This document shows positions 1 to 9,048 of a DNA stretch of 64,000 bases, one piece after another. This DNA is from Pseudomonadota bacterium. Its GTDB lineage: Bacteria > Pseudomonadota > Alphaproteobacteria > RF32 > CAG-239. The stretch is from assembly GCA_918234285.1 (NCBI GenBank), contig CAKJXZ020000014.1, positions 1 to 64,000 of the forward strand. The letters are read 5' to 3'. Within the stretch, counting starts at the first letter, position 1, and each line of letters starts with the position of its first letter. Position numbers and translations under genes: made by a program. Below the pieces are notes generated by a model. The model was given only the letters and a program-made list of their open reading frames with translations. It had not been told where the DNA came from and did no database searches.

Positions 1-605
1 AAAATAATCAGCTGACTACGTTAAAAGGAGCACCGCAGAAAGTCGGCGGAGATTTTCGTTGTGAAAATAATCAACTGACTACCTTAGAAGGTGCGCCGCA
101 AAAGGTTGGCGGAGTTTTTGATTGTGGCAATAACCAGTTAAACACCTTAGAGGGAGCACCGCAAGAAGTCGGTGGACATTTTAGTTGCCACAATAATGCT
201 TTGACAACACTTAAAGGCGCGCCGCAAAAAGTCGGCGGACGTTTCAGTTGCTTCAGTAATCAATTGACCTCATTGCAAGGCGCACCGCAAGAAGTCGGCG
301 GACGTTTCAGTTGCTTCAGTAATCAACTGAAATCATTGTTCGGTATCAGCAAAGTAGGGGATGATTGGAAAATCTTTTGCGACGATGAGCTGGGTGAAAA
401 ATACGGGTTTACCATGTCTAAAGATGCCGGAATAAATTATGAAGATTTGCTCGAAAGTCAGACCTATCAGAATGAAATTGCGATGCACAGAATTGCTTGT
501 AAAAGACACGGGCAAAATCGCGCTGAAGAAGATGCCAAACGGCAGGCTCGACATAAGGCCGGATTTGCCGCTTTCAAAAAGAAAAAAGAAGAAGAGCGCG
601 AATAA
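1..605 (+). CDS. 21-aa repeat (LRR-like, LTxLxGAPQxVGGxFxCxxN) protein, 5'-truncated by the window edge
   Basis: Frame is open from position 3 (NNQLTTLKGAPQKVGGDFRCENNQLTTLEGAPQ...) into ORF 201..605; C-terminus KAGFAAFKKKKEEERE; paralogue of the next gene. Confidence 0.85.
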   Translation, partial: NNQLTTLKGAPQKVGGDFRCENNQLTTLEGAPQKVGGVFDCGNNQLNTLEGAPQEVGGHFSCHNNALTTLKGAPQKVGGRFSCFSNQLTSLQGAPQEVGGRFSCFSNQLKSLFGISKVGDDWKIFCDDELGEKYGFTMSKDAGINYEDLLESQTYQNEIAMHRIACKRHGQNRAEEDAKRQARHKAGFAAFKKKKEEERE

Positions 606-613
606 AGGAGATT

Positions 614-2017
614 ATGATAATGGCTAAGTTGTGGCAACAAATAAAGAAGATGATGAAAGATAAGCCGGAGTTGGAGCTCAGCGGGTCTGCCGGGAATTTT
701 ACCTTAAAGCAGGACGGAAAAACCTATGACTTGTATAATTTGCCGGACGGATTTGTGATTAAAGGCAATTTGGATTTAAGCAACAAAGAGTTGGATGAAC
801 TGCCGGATTTATCCAAAGTGGTGATTAAAGGTGATTTTCGGTGTAATGACAATAAACTGACGTCGCTCAAAGGCGCGCCTAAGGAAGTCAGCGGAAGTTT
901 TTATTGCTACGGTAATGACCTGACTTCGCTCGAGGGGGCGCCGCAAAAAATCGGCGAGAGTTTTGAATGTTTTAAAAATCCGTTGGAATCGCTGGAGGGG
1001 GCACCGCAAGAAGTCGGTAAACATTTTATATGCAGCGGCAGTAAGCTGACGTCGCTCAAAGGCGCACCTAAAGAAGTCGGCGGAAGTTTTGATTGCAGCG
1101 ATAACGCGCTTACCACCCTGGAAGGCGGACCGCAAGTTGTGGGTAAGAACTTTATCTGCACTTGCAACAATCTGACCGATTTGAAAGGCGGACCGCAGAA
1201 AGTCGGCATAGATTTTGATTGTCACAGCAACGAACTGACTTCGCTGGAGGGAGTGCCGCAGGAAATTATGGGAGATTTTGATTGCAGTTATAACCGGCTG
1301 ACTTCGCTTAGAGGGGCTCCGCAAATTGTTTACGGATATTTTGATTGCCAAAGGAATGCCCTGGCTTCATTGGAAGGAGCATCGCAAATAGTCGGCGGAA
1401 ATTTTGATTGCCACGGTAATCAGCTAACTTCTTTACAAGGAGCACCACAAAAAGTCGGCGGAAATTTTGATTGCCACGGTAATCAGCTAACTTCTTTACA
1501 AGGAGCACCACAAAAAGTCGACGGATATTTTAGTTGTTATAATAATCAACTGTCCACCTTACAAGGAGCACCGCAAGAAGTTGGCGGATTTTTCAGTTGC
1601 AGCAACAATCAACTAACTTCTCTGGAAGGTGCACCGCAAAAAGTCAGCGAAGGTTTTCATTGCTACGATAATCAACTGACTTCATTACAAGGAGCATCGC
1701 AAGAAATCGGTGGAGATTTTTATTGCCATACCAACGCGAATTTACCCTCTTTGTTCGGATTGCCGAGAATGCTGAAAGATGGTGAAATATTTTGCGATGA
1801 CGAGTTGAAAGAAAAATATGGTTGTACGTCATTGGAAAATGGCGGTATTTATTACGAAGAGTTAATTGCCAGCGCCAAATACAAAAGCGAGGAGTCCGCT
1901 CATAAAATTAGGCAGAAAAAACACGAGGAATGGGTGAAAAAAGACTCTGAAACTAAGGCCAAAAACAAGGCCGGATTTGCCGCGTTCAAAAAGAAAAAGG
2001 CCGAAGAACGCGAATAG
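614..2017 (+). CDS. 21-aa repeat (LRR-like) protein with about 15 repeats
   Basis: About 14 full units of consensus VGGxFxCxxNxLTSLxGAPQx plus one partial; AAGGAG upstream (true start may be 620); tail KAGFAAFKKKKAEERE. Confidence 0.88.
   Translation: MIMAKLWQQIKKMMKDKPELELSGSAGNFTLKQDGKTYDLYNLPDGFVIKGNLDLSNKELDELPDLSKVVIKGDFRCNDNKLTSLKGAPKEVSGSFYCYGNDLTSLEGAPQKIGESFECFKNPLESLEGAPQEVGKHFICSGSKLTSLKGAPKEVGGSFDCSDNALTTLEGGPQVVGKNFICTCNNLTDLKGGPQKVGIDFDCHSNELTSLEGVPQEIMGDFDCSYNRLTSLRGAPQIVYGYFDCQRNALASLEGASQIVGGNFDCHGNQLTSLQGAPQKVGGNFDCHGNQLTSLQGAPQKVDGYFSCYNNQLSTLQGAPQEVGGFFSCSNNQLTSLEGAPQKVSEGFHCYDNQLTSLQGASQEIGGDFYCHTNANLPSLFGLPRMLKDGEIFCDDELKEKYGCTSLENGGIYYEELIASAKYKSEESAHKIRQKKHEEWVKKDSETKAKNKAGFAAFKKKKAEERE
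1391..1520 (+). repeat. Exact 63-bp tandem duplication inside the repeat-protein gene
   Basis: gtcggcggaaattttgattgccacggtaatcagctaacttctttacaaggagcaccacaaaaa starts at 1391 and again at 1454. Confidence 0.9.
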
Positions 2018-2126
2018 GGAGTTATATCAATATTTTTAGGCATGTCGTGTTTTGCATCGCGTTGCGGATAATTAACGTTGACAAAAACGGATTTGTGTGT
2101 TATGTGTACCTTAACCAAAAATTTTT

Positions 2127-2603
2127 ATGACTATGAATATGTGTATATTAAAAAATGCCTTATTAGGCGTAGTTTTGCTCGTGTTTGCAACATTGTTGAA
2201 CTGCGGGTTGATTATGATGGGGACTCCCGGCTTGTTTATGACTCTTGCGCTGATGGCAGCACTGTGTTTGTTGAGCTATTCCTATGATTTCGGCTTGGCT
2301 CTTGACCGCTGTCTGCTGGCAATCGCCGTGGCGTGTTTCTACATCAGTAGCATTTGGTTTCCGGAGTTGCTGGCCGTGTTGGTTTGCGGTGCCGCGTTGG
2401 TAGTAGAATTACTGAGGTTCCCGAGACAAGATTTGGCTCAATATTTATCGGTTGTGGTGCTTTATGTCCTTTCAGCGGATATCGCCTTTTACGTTATGGG
2501 TGATCCGGTGTTGGAATGGAGCGATGCGGTACTGGTTCTGACCGCTGTCGTGATATCGATAATGAGCCTTTACATCGATTATAAAAAACAAAGGAGTGCT
2601 TAA
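2127..2603 (+). CDS. Hypothetical polytopic membrane protein
   Basis: 158-aa ORF with 5-6 hydrophobic segments; TTGACA at 2078; hairpin terminator overlapping the stop. Confidence 0.7.
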   Translation: MTMNMCILKNALLGVVLLVFATLLNCGLIMMGTPGLFMTLALMAALCLLSYSYDFGLALDRCLLAIAVACFYISSIWFPELLAVLVCGAALVVELLRFPRQDLAQYLSVVVLYVLSADIAFYVMGDPVLEWSDAVLVLTAVVISIMSLYIDYKKQRSA

Positions 2604-2624
2604 AAGTACTCCTTTGTTTTTTTT
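2586..2624 (+). terminator. Intrinsic terminator
   Basis: aaacaaaggagt...actcctttgttt followed by a T-run. Confidence 0.75.
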
Positions 2625-2703
2625 CTCAATTTAAATTTGCAAAAAATACTTGCTAAATATAAAAATATTTTATATACTTAGACAAAATCAATATTATCTA
2701 GAT

Positions 2704-3600
2704 ATGAAAAAGCTATTATTTATCGCACTGTGTGCGATGTTCTGCCTTTCGGTGAATGCGCAGAACGAAGATGATGTTGCTGTTGAAAGTACCGCAACAA
2801 GTATGTCATCAGCCAGTTCGCAGTTTGAAGAACAGCTGAATGAACTTGCGGCTCTGATTGAAGCATATCGAGAGATGAGCCTGAAAGTGGATTCTGCTGC
2901 TTCCGATTCAACTGCTGCTAAAGTCGGTTATGTGCCCATCCGCGGCAAGAGTAAGTTCATGCGCAGGCATTTGTTCTACCAAACCTTGGATGTCAGCACC
3001 TCATTGTCAACCGATAATGACCCGGACCTGCCGGAACAAACATCCAACGGTCAGGATATCGATGTGGGACAGTTGGATTCACCGACTTCGTTTGCACTGG
3101 ACTTCGGCTGTTCGTGGACGTTTGTACCCGGACACGAGGAGGGCGATATGCTGAGGTTGAATCCGCTTGGTTTTGCTTATAGCTGCGGTATAATGTCTAT
3201 GTTCAGTAGACAAGAAAAATACGGTACTGTCTGCAGTTTCTTGCTTAAAGGAGGTGTTGAAACCGGTAACGGCCATATCATGGGTATCGGAATAGATATT
3301 TTGGGCGGCTACGGTAAGTCAACGGGTGATACCTACAAAACCGTATATAAGGAAAATGAGTCCGGTAAATTGGCTAATCCTTATACGGAGTGGTGTTGGC
3401 AATATGGTGCACAAATCTGGTTGCGCAACAACTTGCTCAGTACTGCAGTGAAAAATTCGGAAATGCTGATTTACGCGCGATTTGTTCGCTCCGCCAATCC
3501 GCATAGTGCAAGTACCTATACTTCAGATACTCTTTCGTATGATGACTATTGGAAGGGTGAGAATTGGAGTTTTGGTATAACTTTCCGACACAGATTCTGA
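2704..3600 (+). CDS. Exported protein, probable outer-membrane beta-barrel
   Basis: Signal peptide MKKLLFIALCAMFCLSVNA-Q (ATG 2704), short coiled coil, beta-strand-rich C-half ending WSFGITFRHRF (terminal Phe); promoter TTGCTA-17-TATACT at 2650-2678. Confidence 0.7.
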   Translation: MKKLLFIALCAMFCLSVNAQNEDDVAVESTATSMSSASSQFEEQLNELAALIEAYREMSLKVDSAASDSTAAKVGYVPIRGKSKFMRRHLFYQTLDVSTSLSTDNDPDLPEQTSNGQDIDVGQLDSPTSFALDFGCSWTFVPGHEEGDMLRLNPLGFAYSCGIMSMFSRQEKYGTVCSFLLKGGVETGNGHIMGIGIDILGGYGKSTGDTYKTVYKENESGKLANPYTEWCWQYGAQIWLRNNLLSTAVKNSEMLIYARFVRSANPHSASTYTSDTLSYDDYWKGENWSFGITFRHRF

Positions 3601-3603
3601 AAT

Positions 3604-3641
3604 AAAAAAGGCGTTGCTCATAATCGGGCAACGCTTTTTTT
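3604..3641. terminator. Bidirectional intrinsic terminator between convergent genes
   Basis: aaaaaaggcgttgctc...gggcaacgcttttttt. Confidence 0.8.
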
Positions 3642-3643
3642 GT

Positions 3644-4378
3644 TCATTTTTCCAAATTAATATCTGAAAATTTGAGCTCATAGACCGGGTAAACGGCTTG
3701 CGGGATGGTGGCGTATTCTTTCTGCACGGATATTCTGTCCGGCATAAACACTGCAACATTGGCGCTGACCGTGTCGGTATTTTTGTCACTCAGTGCCGTT
3801 GTCGAAAGCCAGAAGCCGCCGTCAGTAAAACCGGCAGTACGCAGGGCAGAACTGATTTTAGCAGTATCCGGTTCGAGTTTCTTTATCTCATCAACGGTAA
3901 GCATAAATGCCTGAGATTGACTGACAAAGACATCGCTGTATTCCAAACAGTATTGGGCAGCATCAACCGAAACGTTCATCAGGCCATCAGCCATTTGCTT
4001 GATGAAATGTGTGGCATTCAGACCGCTTAACAGTCCAATGGTGTCGATGTCGAAACCCTGCGAACAGAACGGAAGAATTGCCTTATGCAAGCACATCATC
4101 AGCATTGCTTCGCGACGAGGATACGTTGCAAGCACCAGAGCACTACACTTTCCTTCAGTATAAGTCTGGCTGACCTTACCGTCGTTATACAGAAACATTC
4201 CCGGTTCGATTTCCTCAAAGGAAGTGACAAACACCGTTTCTTTTTGTTTTTGTGTCAGAGCGGTCTGGATTTTCCGCAAATCAATCTTACCGTTGACTAC
4301 CCAGTCGATGACCACCTCTTGAGGTGTCATTCCCAACTTCTCCAAAAGAGAAGCAATTTTTTCCATTTTATCCTTCAT
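3644..4378 (-). CDS. Hypothetical protein, possible degenerate DUF1566/C-type-lectin-like domain
   Basis: Motif order SGLNAT..I / AAQYCLEY / ISSAL..AG / FWLST / VYPV resembles that fold; own promoter TTGACA-18-TACCAT. Confidence 0.6.
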   Translation of the reverse strand: MKDKMEKIASLLEKLGMTPQEVVIDWVVNGKIDLRKIQTALTQKQKETVFVTSFEEIEPGMFLYNDGKVSQTYTEGKCSALVLATYPRREAMLMMCLHKAILPFCSQGFDIDTIGLLSGLNATHFIKQMADGLMNVSVDAAQYCLEYSDVFVSQSQAFMLTVDEIKKLEPDTAKISSALRTAGFTDGGFWLSTTALSDKNTDTVSANVAVFMPDRISVQKEYATIPQAVYPVYELKFSDINLEK

Positions 4379-4485
4379 AATTCTCTAAATAATTCTACAA
4401 ACGCTAAATATGGTAGCATTATACCATGTTTACTGTCAATAAAAAAAGTGCTTGACACGGCGATTTTTTGTGATATGAAGGTAGG

Positions 4486-4720
4486 TGTTATTGAATAGTT
4501 TATATATAATTGTGTCGTGAGATACATAAGGTTCGCAGATTTTTAGTTGACAATGTCGAGAGACAGACTCCTTTCTTCGGAGCGGCAGTCGGGAGATTCC
4601 CGTTTTCCGAACTGGTTTTGTGTTTTTCATGGTATTAAGGTTTAAAGTGAGACTAAAAGTATAGCGATACTTTGATCCCCGCGGTTTTGGTTTTTCGGCC
4701 GCGGGGGTATTTCTTTTTTT
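4486..4720 (+). ncRNA. Candidate small RNA, unit 1 of a tandem pair
   Basis: TTGACA at 4452, no convincing + strand ORF, GU-rich long-range pairing, 3' module of about 64 nt (hairpin plus terminator) shared with unit 2. Confidence 0.4.
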
Positions 4721-5043
4721 TTAGGCATTTTTAGTTGACAATATTTGAATATGTGATAAATTATGTCTAAATTCATATTATGAAGTTATTGTTGGGTTGA
4801 TCATCGTTATAGTGAGATGACCTTCTAAAGACATATAGAGACACTATTTATCGCAAGTGAGCGTTGTATGGTTTGAAATTCTGTCGGGAGACAGATTCGG
4901 ATTTTGCCGACAATTGCGAAATTCTCGGTAGGATTTTGTGAGATTATGTTTTTCATAGTTTTAAATTTTTGAAGATAACAAAAGTATAGCGATACTTTGA
5001 TCCCCGCGGTTTTGTTTTTTCGGCCGCGGGGGTATTTCTTTTT
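4655..5043 (+). repeat. Direct repeat of about 64 bp (copies at 4655-4718 and 4980-5043)
   Basis: aaaagtatagcgatactttgatccccgcggttttg[g/t]tttttcggccgcgggggtatttcttttt, one mismatch between copies. Confidence 0.92.
4770..5043 (+). ncRNA. Candidate small RNA, unit 2 of a tandem pair
   Basis: TTGACA at 4735; shares tgtcgRgagacagaYtc, tgtttttcat and the 3' module with unit 1. Confidence 0.4.
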
Positions 5044-5059
5044 AAAACTAAGCCGGTTT

Positions 5060-6037
5060 TTATACAACTTTATCAAATTCCTTTTTCAGCGGGCGTTCAA
5101 ATAAGCTGCGAATGGTTGATTGAATGTCAGCCCCTTCAAACACGACTTTGTATAAAGCTTGGCAAATCGGCATTTCCAAATTTTCCCGATCGGCAATGGC
5201 TTTAACCGCTTTCAACGTACCAACACCCTCAGCCGACTTTTGATAAGCTTCGCCTTTGGCCAACAATTCGCCAAACATACGATTATGGCTGTTGCGCGAG
5301 AACAGCGTTGCCTCATAGTCGCCCAAGTGAGCCAAGCCGTAGACCGAAGAAGGGTTGCCGCCCTTATGGGCAATCAATCTACCCACTTCAATCGGAGCGC
5401 GCGTCATCAAAGCGCCCTTTAAGCCGTACCAATTCAGGCCGTCCAAAATGCCGGCAGCAATACCGATAACGTTTTTGAGAGCCGCGCCGACTTGGTTGCC
5501 GATAATATCCGTACCGTAATAAAAACGGATTAAATTGCTCGACATCAGCTTAATCACGCGGTCTTGCGTTTCCGGCTCGTAGCTGTCGATAACCGCGGCC
5601 GACGGCACGTTTTTCATATAATCTTCAACGTGTCCCGGGCCGCCCAGTGTTGCTACGTGAACTTTCTGCTTCATTTCGGAGAGGAACACATCAACCAAAA
5701 TTTCCGCCGATGGTTCTTCCAATCCTTTCATGGCCAGCAAAAAGGTTTTGCCTTCAACGTTATATTCGCTGATTTGTTTGGCCAGACCGCGCAATCCTTG
5801 GCAGTTGATGGAGATGATAATGAAGTCGTTTTGCAGAGTTTCAGCCATACTGGTAGTTAAATACATATTGTCGCTTAAACTCAAATACTCATTTTTACGC
5901 TCGTTTTTCAGTTCTTCATAAGTGGGAGAACCGTTTAATCCGTAGAGCAGAACCGACTCAACCGCAGTGCGATTGGCCATATACCAACCCAAAAAAGTTC
6001 CCCAACGACCGCAGCCGATAACCGAAATTTGCTTCAT
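5060..6037 (-). CDS. gpsA: NAD(P)H-dependent glycerol-3-phosphate dehydrogenase
   Basis: GCGRWG Rossmann motif, MKGLE, GGPGHVE, ALKNVIGIAAG, GDYEAT, SHNR, EGV; start MKQISV at 6037 with GAGGTG SD. Confidence 0.93.
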   Translation of the reverse strand: MKQISVIGCGRWGTFLGWYMANRTAVESVLLYGLNGSPTYEELKNERKNEYLSLSDNMYLTTSMAETLQNDFIIISINCQGLRGLAKQISEYNVEGKTFLLAMKGLEEPSAEILVDVFLSEMKQKVHVATLGGPGHVEDYMKNVPSAAVIDSYEPETQDRVIKLMSSNLIRFYYGTDIIGNQVGAALKNVIGIAAGILDGLNWYGLKGALMTRAPIEVGRLIAHKGGNPSSVYGLAHLGDYEATLFSRNSHNRMFGELLAKGEAYQKSAEGVGTLKAVKAIADRENLEMPICQALYKVVFEGADIQSTIRSLFERPLKKEFDKVV

Positions 6038-6121
6038 TTCACACCTCACAAAATAGTTTCTTTGCCTTATTATGAAATAAAAGCACGGGATAGACAACGG
6101 AAATTATAAAAAATTCACAGA

Positions 6122-6487
6122 TTACTTTTTATGGAAAAAACTTTTGTTATGCAGTTGTCCGCGCACGGTTTGAATATAGTTGTAATTGCAGAACGAAGCA
6201 TAAGCTTTGTCGTAACTGTCGGAACCGAAAGTATAGAAAACCTTGTTGGCAACGTTGCGAATGGCCGAATCGATGGTTTCAAACGCCGTATTATAATCGG
6301 CATCGAAATTGTTGCGTTTTTTCTTTTGAACTATGTCGTGATAAGCGGCAATTACTTCCAGAGTTTTGTTGGCAAAATCGTGGTCACCTTTGTCCGCAAA
6401 GAAATGCATTATCTTTACGGTTGTTTGGTAAAAGCATTTATTTATTAAAATATTTCTCTGTTTTGTATTATTACCGTCAACAATCAT
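6122..6487 (-). CDS. Hypothetical protein
   Basis: 121-aa ORF directly downstream of, and co-oriented with, the HNH-motif gene. Confidence 0.55.
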   Translation of the reverse strand: MIVDGNNTKQRNILINKCFYQTTVKIMHFFADKGDHDFANKTLEVIAAYHDIVQKKKRNNFDADYNTAFETIDSAIRNVANKVFYTFGSDSYDKAYASFCNYNYIQTVRGQLHNKSFFHKK

Positions 6488-6587
6488 TTTAACCGAGTTT
6501 CTCCGTCAAAAATCCTTTGCAGGATAACATATTTCAAATCAAATATCAAGAGTTAAATTTTATAAAAACGACAGAGGTTAACCAGAA

Positions 6588-8930
6588 TTATTTGGTTTTT
6601 TTGTTTTTGTTTTTCAGATGCCAAGACAAAGCGCGGTTCGGATTATTGGAAAGGCTCGGCGCTCTTTTCGGTTGCGGTGTTTTATCAATCACCGCAATAT
6701 TGCCGCGGCGCTCCCGATTCATTTTATCCAGCTGGCGCGCTTTTTGCAACTCGGCCTGATTGCCTAATTCGATACCTTCGGCCGGTTTGAGCAAATCATC
6801 CATATATTGACGCAAACGAGGCAAATCCAAATGCGGAACAGTCAGATTATTGAACTTGTTTTTCTGCTCTTTGCGATAATCAATCATCTGCTGTTGCGCC
6901 CTGATATTTTCCTGCAACGTTTCTTTATCAAAAATAAAGCTACGGAAATCAATCATTGCCTTAATCCCTGATTTAGCCATAACCGCAAAAGAAAGAGCAC
7001 GTCCCATATAGCCGGAGATGCGGTTGTTTTTGGTAATCAACATGTTTTGCGGCACATATTTGGTGCGGTGCGTGATGTTTTGGTTCATCCGAATCTGGCC
7101 GTTGCGATCAACGTTGTTTTCGTTCAGGTGAATCAAATCATGGAAATCTTTATTAATCAGCACGATGTGTTGGTTAATTTCCGTAAACGGCTTACCGGTA
7201 ACTTTTTCAAAATAAGCGATGTTACTCAGCGCAAAGTTATGGTGACCGTTGAAGTCTTTATTGGCTCGACCGGCCCGCATATCGGCGATTACGCTTTCCG
7301 CAGCCGCTTCAGCTTCCGCAGCGACTTTCTTCTGAATTTTGATATCGCTTTTCTTTTGGGCAACACCGTCGTTTATCAGCTGCATGGTAAATTTTTGCTG
7401 ATAATAGCTTTGCAGCGACTTACGCAATTCCGCTTCGTTGTTTGCCACCAGCTCTTTGAAGTAGCGGCATTTGTCGGACGCAACGGCCAAACCTTCGTTA
7501 TCGGCAAACGACTTGGTGCGGGAGGCAACGGAATGGTTCAGCAAATATGCAACGTCGGCATAGGTGAATTCGGCAATTTTTTGCGGAGGAATATCCATGG
7601 CGCAGATTTTTTTGGATAAGGCATCTTCCAACTGCGCAAATTGCGGAACTTGTTTGCAGATATTCCAAACTTTGGATTGCGATAAGTCATAATCTTCCGG
7701 CTTATAATGTGTCGAGGTATAGTCGGCAATTTTCTGTTTCATTTCTTCCGAAGCATTCGGATTGACAAGGTGTTCTCTTATCAGCAAAATTTCCTGCATA
7801 AACGGTGACAAACGCTTTTTCGGCTGATTGGCGATCATCCCGTCCCAGGCTGCACGCATAACTCTTGATTTAACGAAATCGGTTTCTTGCAGGTCGAGCG
7901 AAACGCGTTTGGCTTCTTCTATTGCCGCTGCTAACTTGCTTTTATCCGGCGCATTCAAAAAATCATCCATCTGAGCTTTTAAGGAGGCGGCTTCCGTCGG
8001 GTTAAACTCGTGCAGATTTTTGCACAGGTCCATAAATACCGGGAGCTTGGTGTTATAAAAATTATCCGGAGTATCGCCGAGCAAATCTTGCTTCATCTCG
8101 TCCAAATGATTTACGAATTCGGATTCATACGGCGGCTCCTGATACCATACCACCTGCATTCCGTTACTGTCGAGAAAATCACTGAATTCCTGAGTGCTCT
8201 TGGCAAACGAAACATTTTTGTTTTTCTGGGTTTGCAAAACGTTTTCGATGTTGCGGATAAAGCCGTTGCGGAAGGTACGCGATTTTTCTTCGGTTGTGCG
8301 GAAGTCAAATACCTGCCGTCCTTGTGCTTTGCGGGCGATAAAGAACTGCATTTTGCGGATAAAATCAAGTGAAATACTCAAGTTGCGATTAATCAGGCTG
8401 TTACCGCCCTTGCTGGCCGCATCTTCCTTGTGCCTTTTTTCAATAAAGGCATCGATTTTTTGCAAAAAAGCATCCAGACTCTGAGCGTGTGCTTCATCCA
8501 TGCTAAAAGAAAGCGGATTGATAATTTGGTTGGTTTCTATGTTTTTGGTATCAATCTGAATAAAGTCGTCGTTAATGACGTAATTCGGCGCGGCATCGGC
8601 CGGTTGCGGAAATTCACTGTTCATAAAATATGGGAAGATGTCGCGAATTTCTTGGCGCAAGCCTGCCACTTCAACATTATCTTCCAGGTTGTTGCGTTCG
8701 TTTTGCCACTGATTTAAGTCGCGGTATATTGAGTTAAGCGCGTAAACGTATGAGATTTCTCGAGTCGGTATGTCCGATTCGTTATAACTGGCGCCGCCGT
8801 TACGGGTGCCTTGGTTTTTTTGTGCTTCGTTTAAAACGCCGGAATAGTTGGCCAAAGCCGGCGCGCAGGCGAGGTTAATCCCGGCCTCCGGCAAATCGTC
8901 AATGGTTTGATATCTCGTGTCAACTGCCAT
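6588..8930 (-). CDS. Large orphan protein with an internal HNH-like nuclease motif
   Basis: FNGHHNFAL...INQHIVLINKDFHDLIH; shares DYDLSQS and adjacent blocks with 52440..54008; basic C-terminus. Confidence 0.7.
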   Translation of the reverse strand: MAVDTRYQTIDDLPEAGINLACAPALANYSGVLNEAQKNQGTRNGGASYNESDIPTREISYVYALNSIYRDLNQWQNERNNLEDNVEVAGLRQEIRDIFPYFMNSEFPQPADAAPNYVINDDFIQIDTKNIETNQIINPLSFSMDEAHAQSLDAFLQKIDAFIEKRHKEDAASKGGNSLINRNLSISLDFIRKMQFFIARKAQGRQVFDFRTTEEKSRTFRNGFIRNIENVLQTQKNKNVSFAKSTQEFSDFLDSNGMQVVWYQEPPYESEFVNHLDEMKQDLLGDTPDNFYNTKLPVFMDLCKNLHEFNPTEAASLKAQMDDFLNAPDKSKLAAAIEEAKRVSLDLQETDFVKSRVMRAAWDGMIANQPKKRLSPFMQEILLIREHLVNPNASEEMKQKIADYTSTHYKPEDYDLSQSKVWNICKQVPQFAQLEDALSKKICAMDIPPQKIAEFTYADVAYLLNHSVASRTKSFADNEGLAVASDKCRYFKELVANNEAELRKSLQSYYQQKFTMQLINDGVAQKKSDIKIQKKVAAEAEAAAESVIADMRAGRANKDFNGHHNFALSNIAYFEKVTGKPFTEINQHIVLINKDFHDLIHLNENNVDRNGQIRMNQNITHRTKYVPQNMLITKNNRISGYMGRALSFAVMAKSGIKAMIDFRSFIFDKETLQENIRAQQQMIDYRKEQKNKFNNLTVPHLDLPRLRQYMDDLLKPAEGIELGNQAELQKARQLDKMNRERRGNIAVIDKTPQPKRAPSLSNNPNRALSWHLKNKNKKTK

Positions 8931-8992
8931 ATTTCATTCCCTAATTTAGGTCAGTATAACAGATATTTTTTGTAATGTCCACAATTTTGTCG

Positions 8993-9022
8993 AAAAAAAC
9001 TCCCGTTTGAGCGGGAGTTTTT
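8993..9022 (-). terminator. Intrinsic terminator after the small nrdD-like gene
   Basis: aaaaaaactcccg-tttgag-cgggagttttt. Confidence 0.75.
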
Positions 9023-9048
9023 GCAGGTATTTTGAAAAATTTTACCGA

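Noticed and set aside
1-2017. DGR-type adenine-specific diversification of the repeats
   Set aside because: Differences between repeats involve all bases, and no non-coding template or RT is visible.
4436-5076. Minus-strand small ORFs (MKNTKP..., MKNIIS...) as type I toxins
   Set aside because: They are not hydrophobic, and the shared nucleotide core lies in different frames. Promoters, the terminator U-run and G-U pairing favour + strand RNAs. Not fully excluded.
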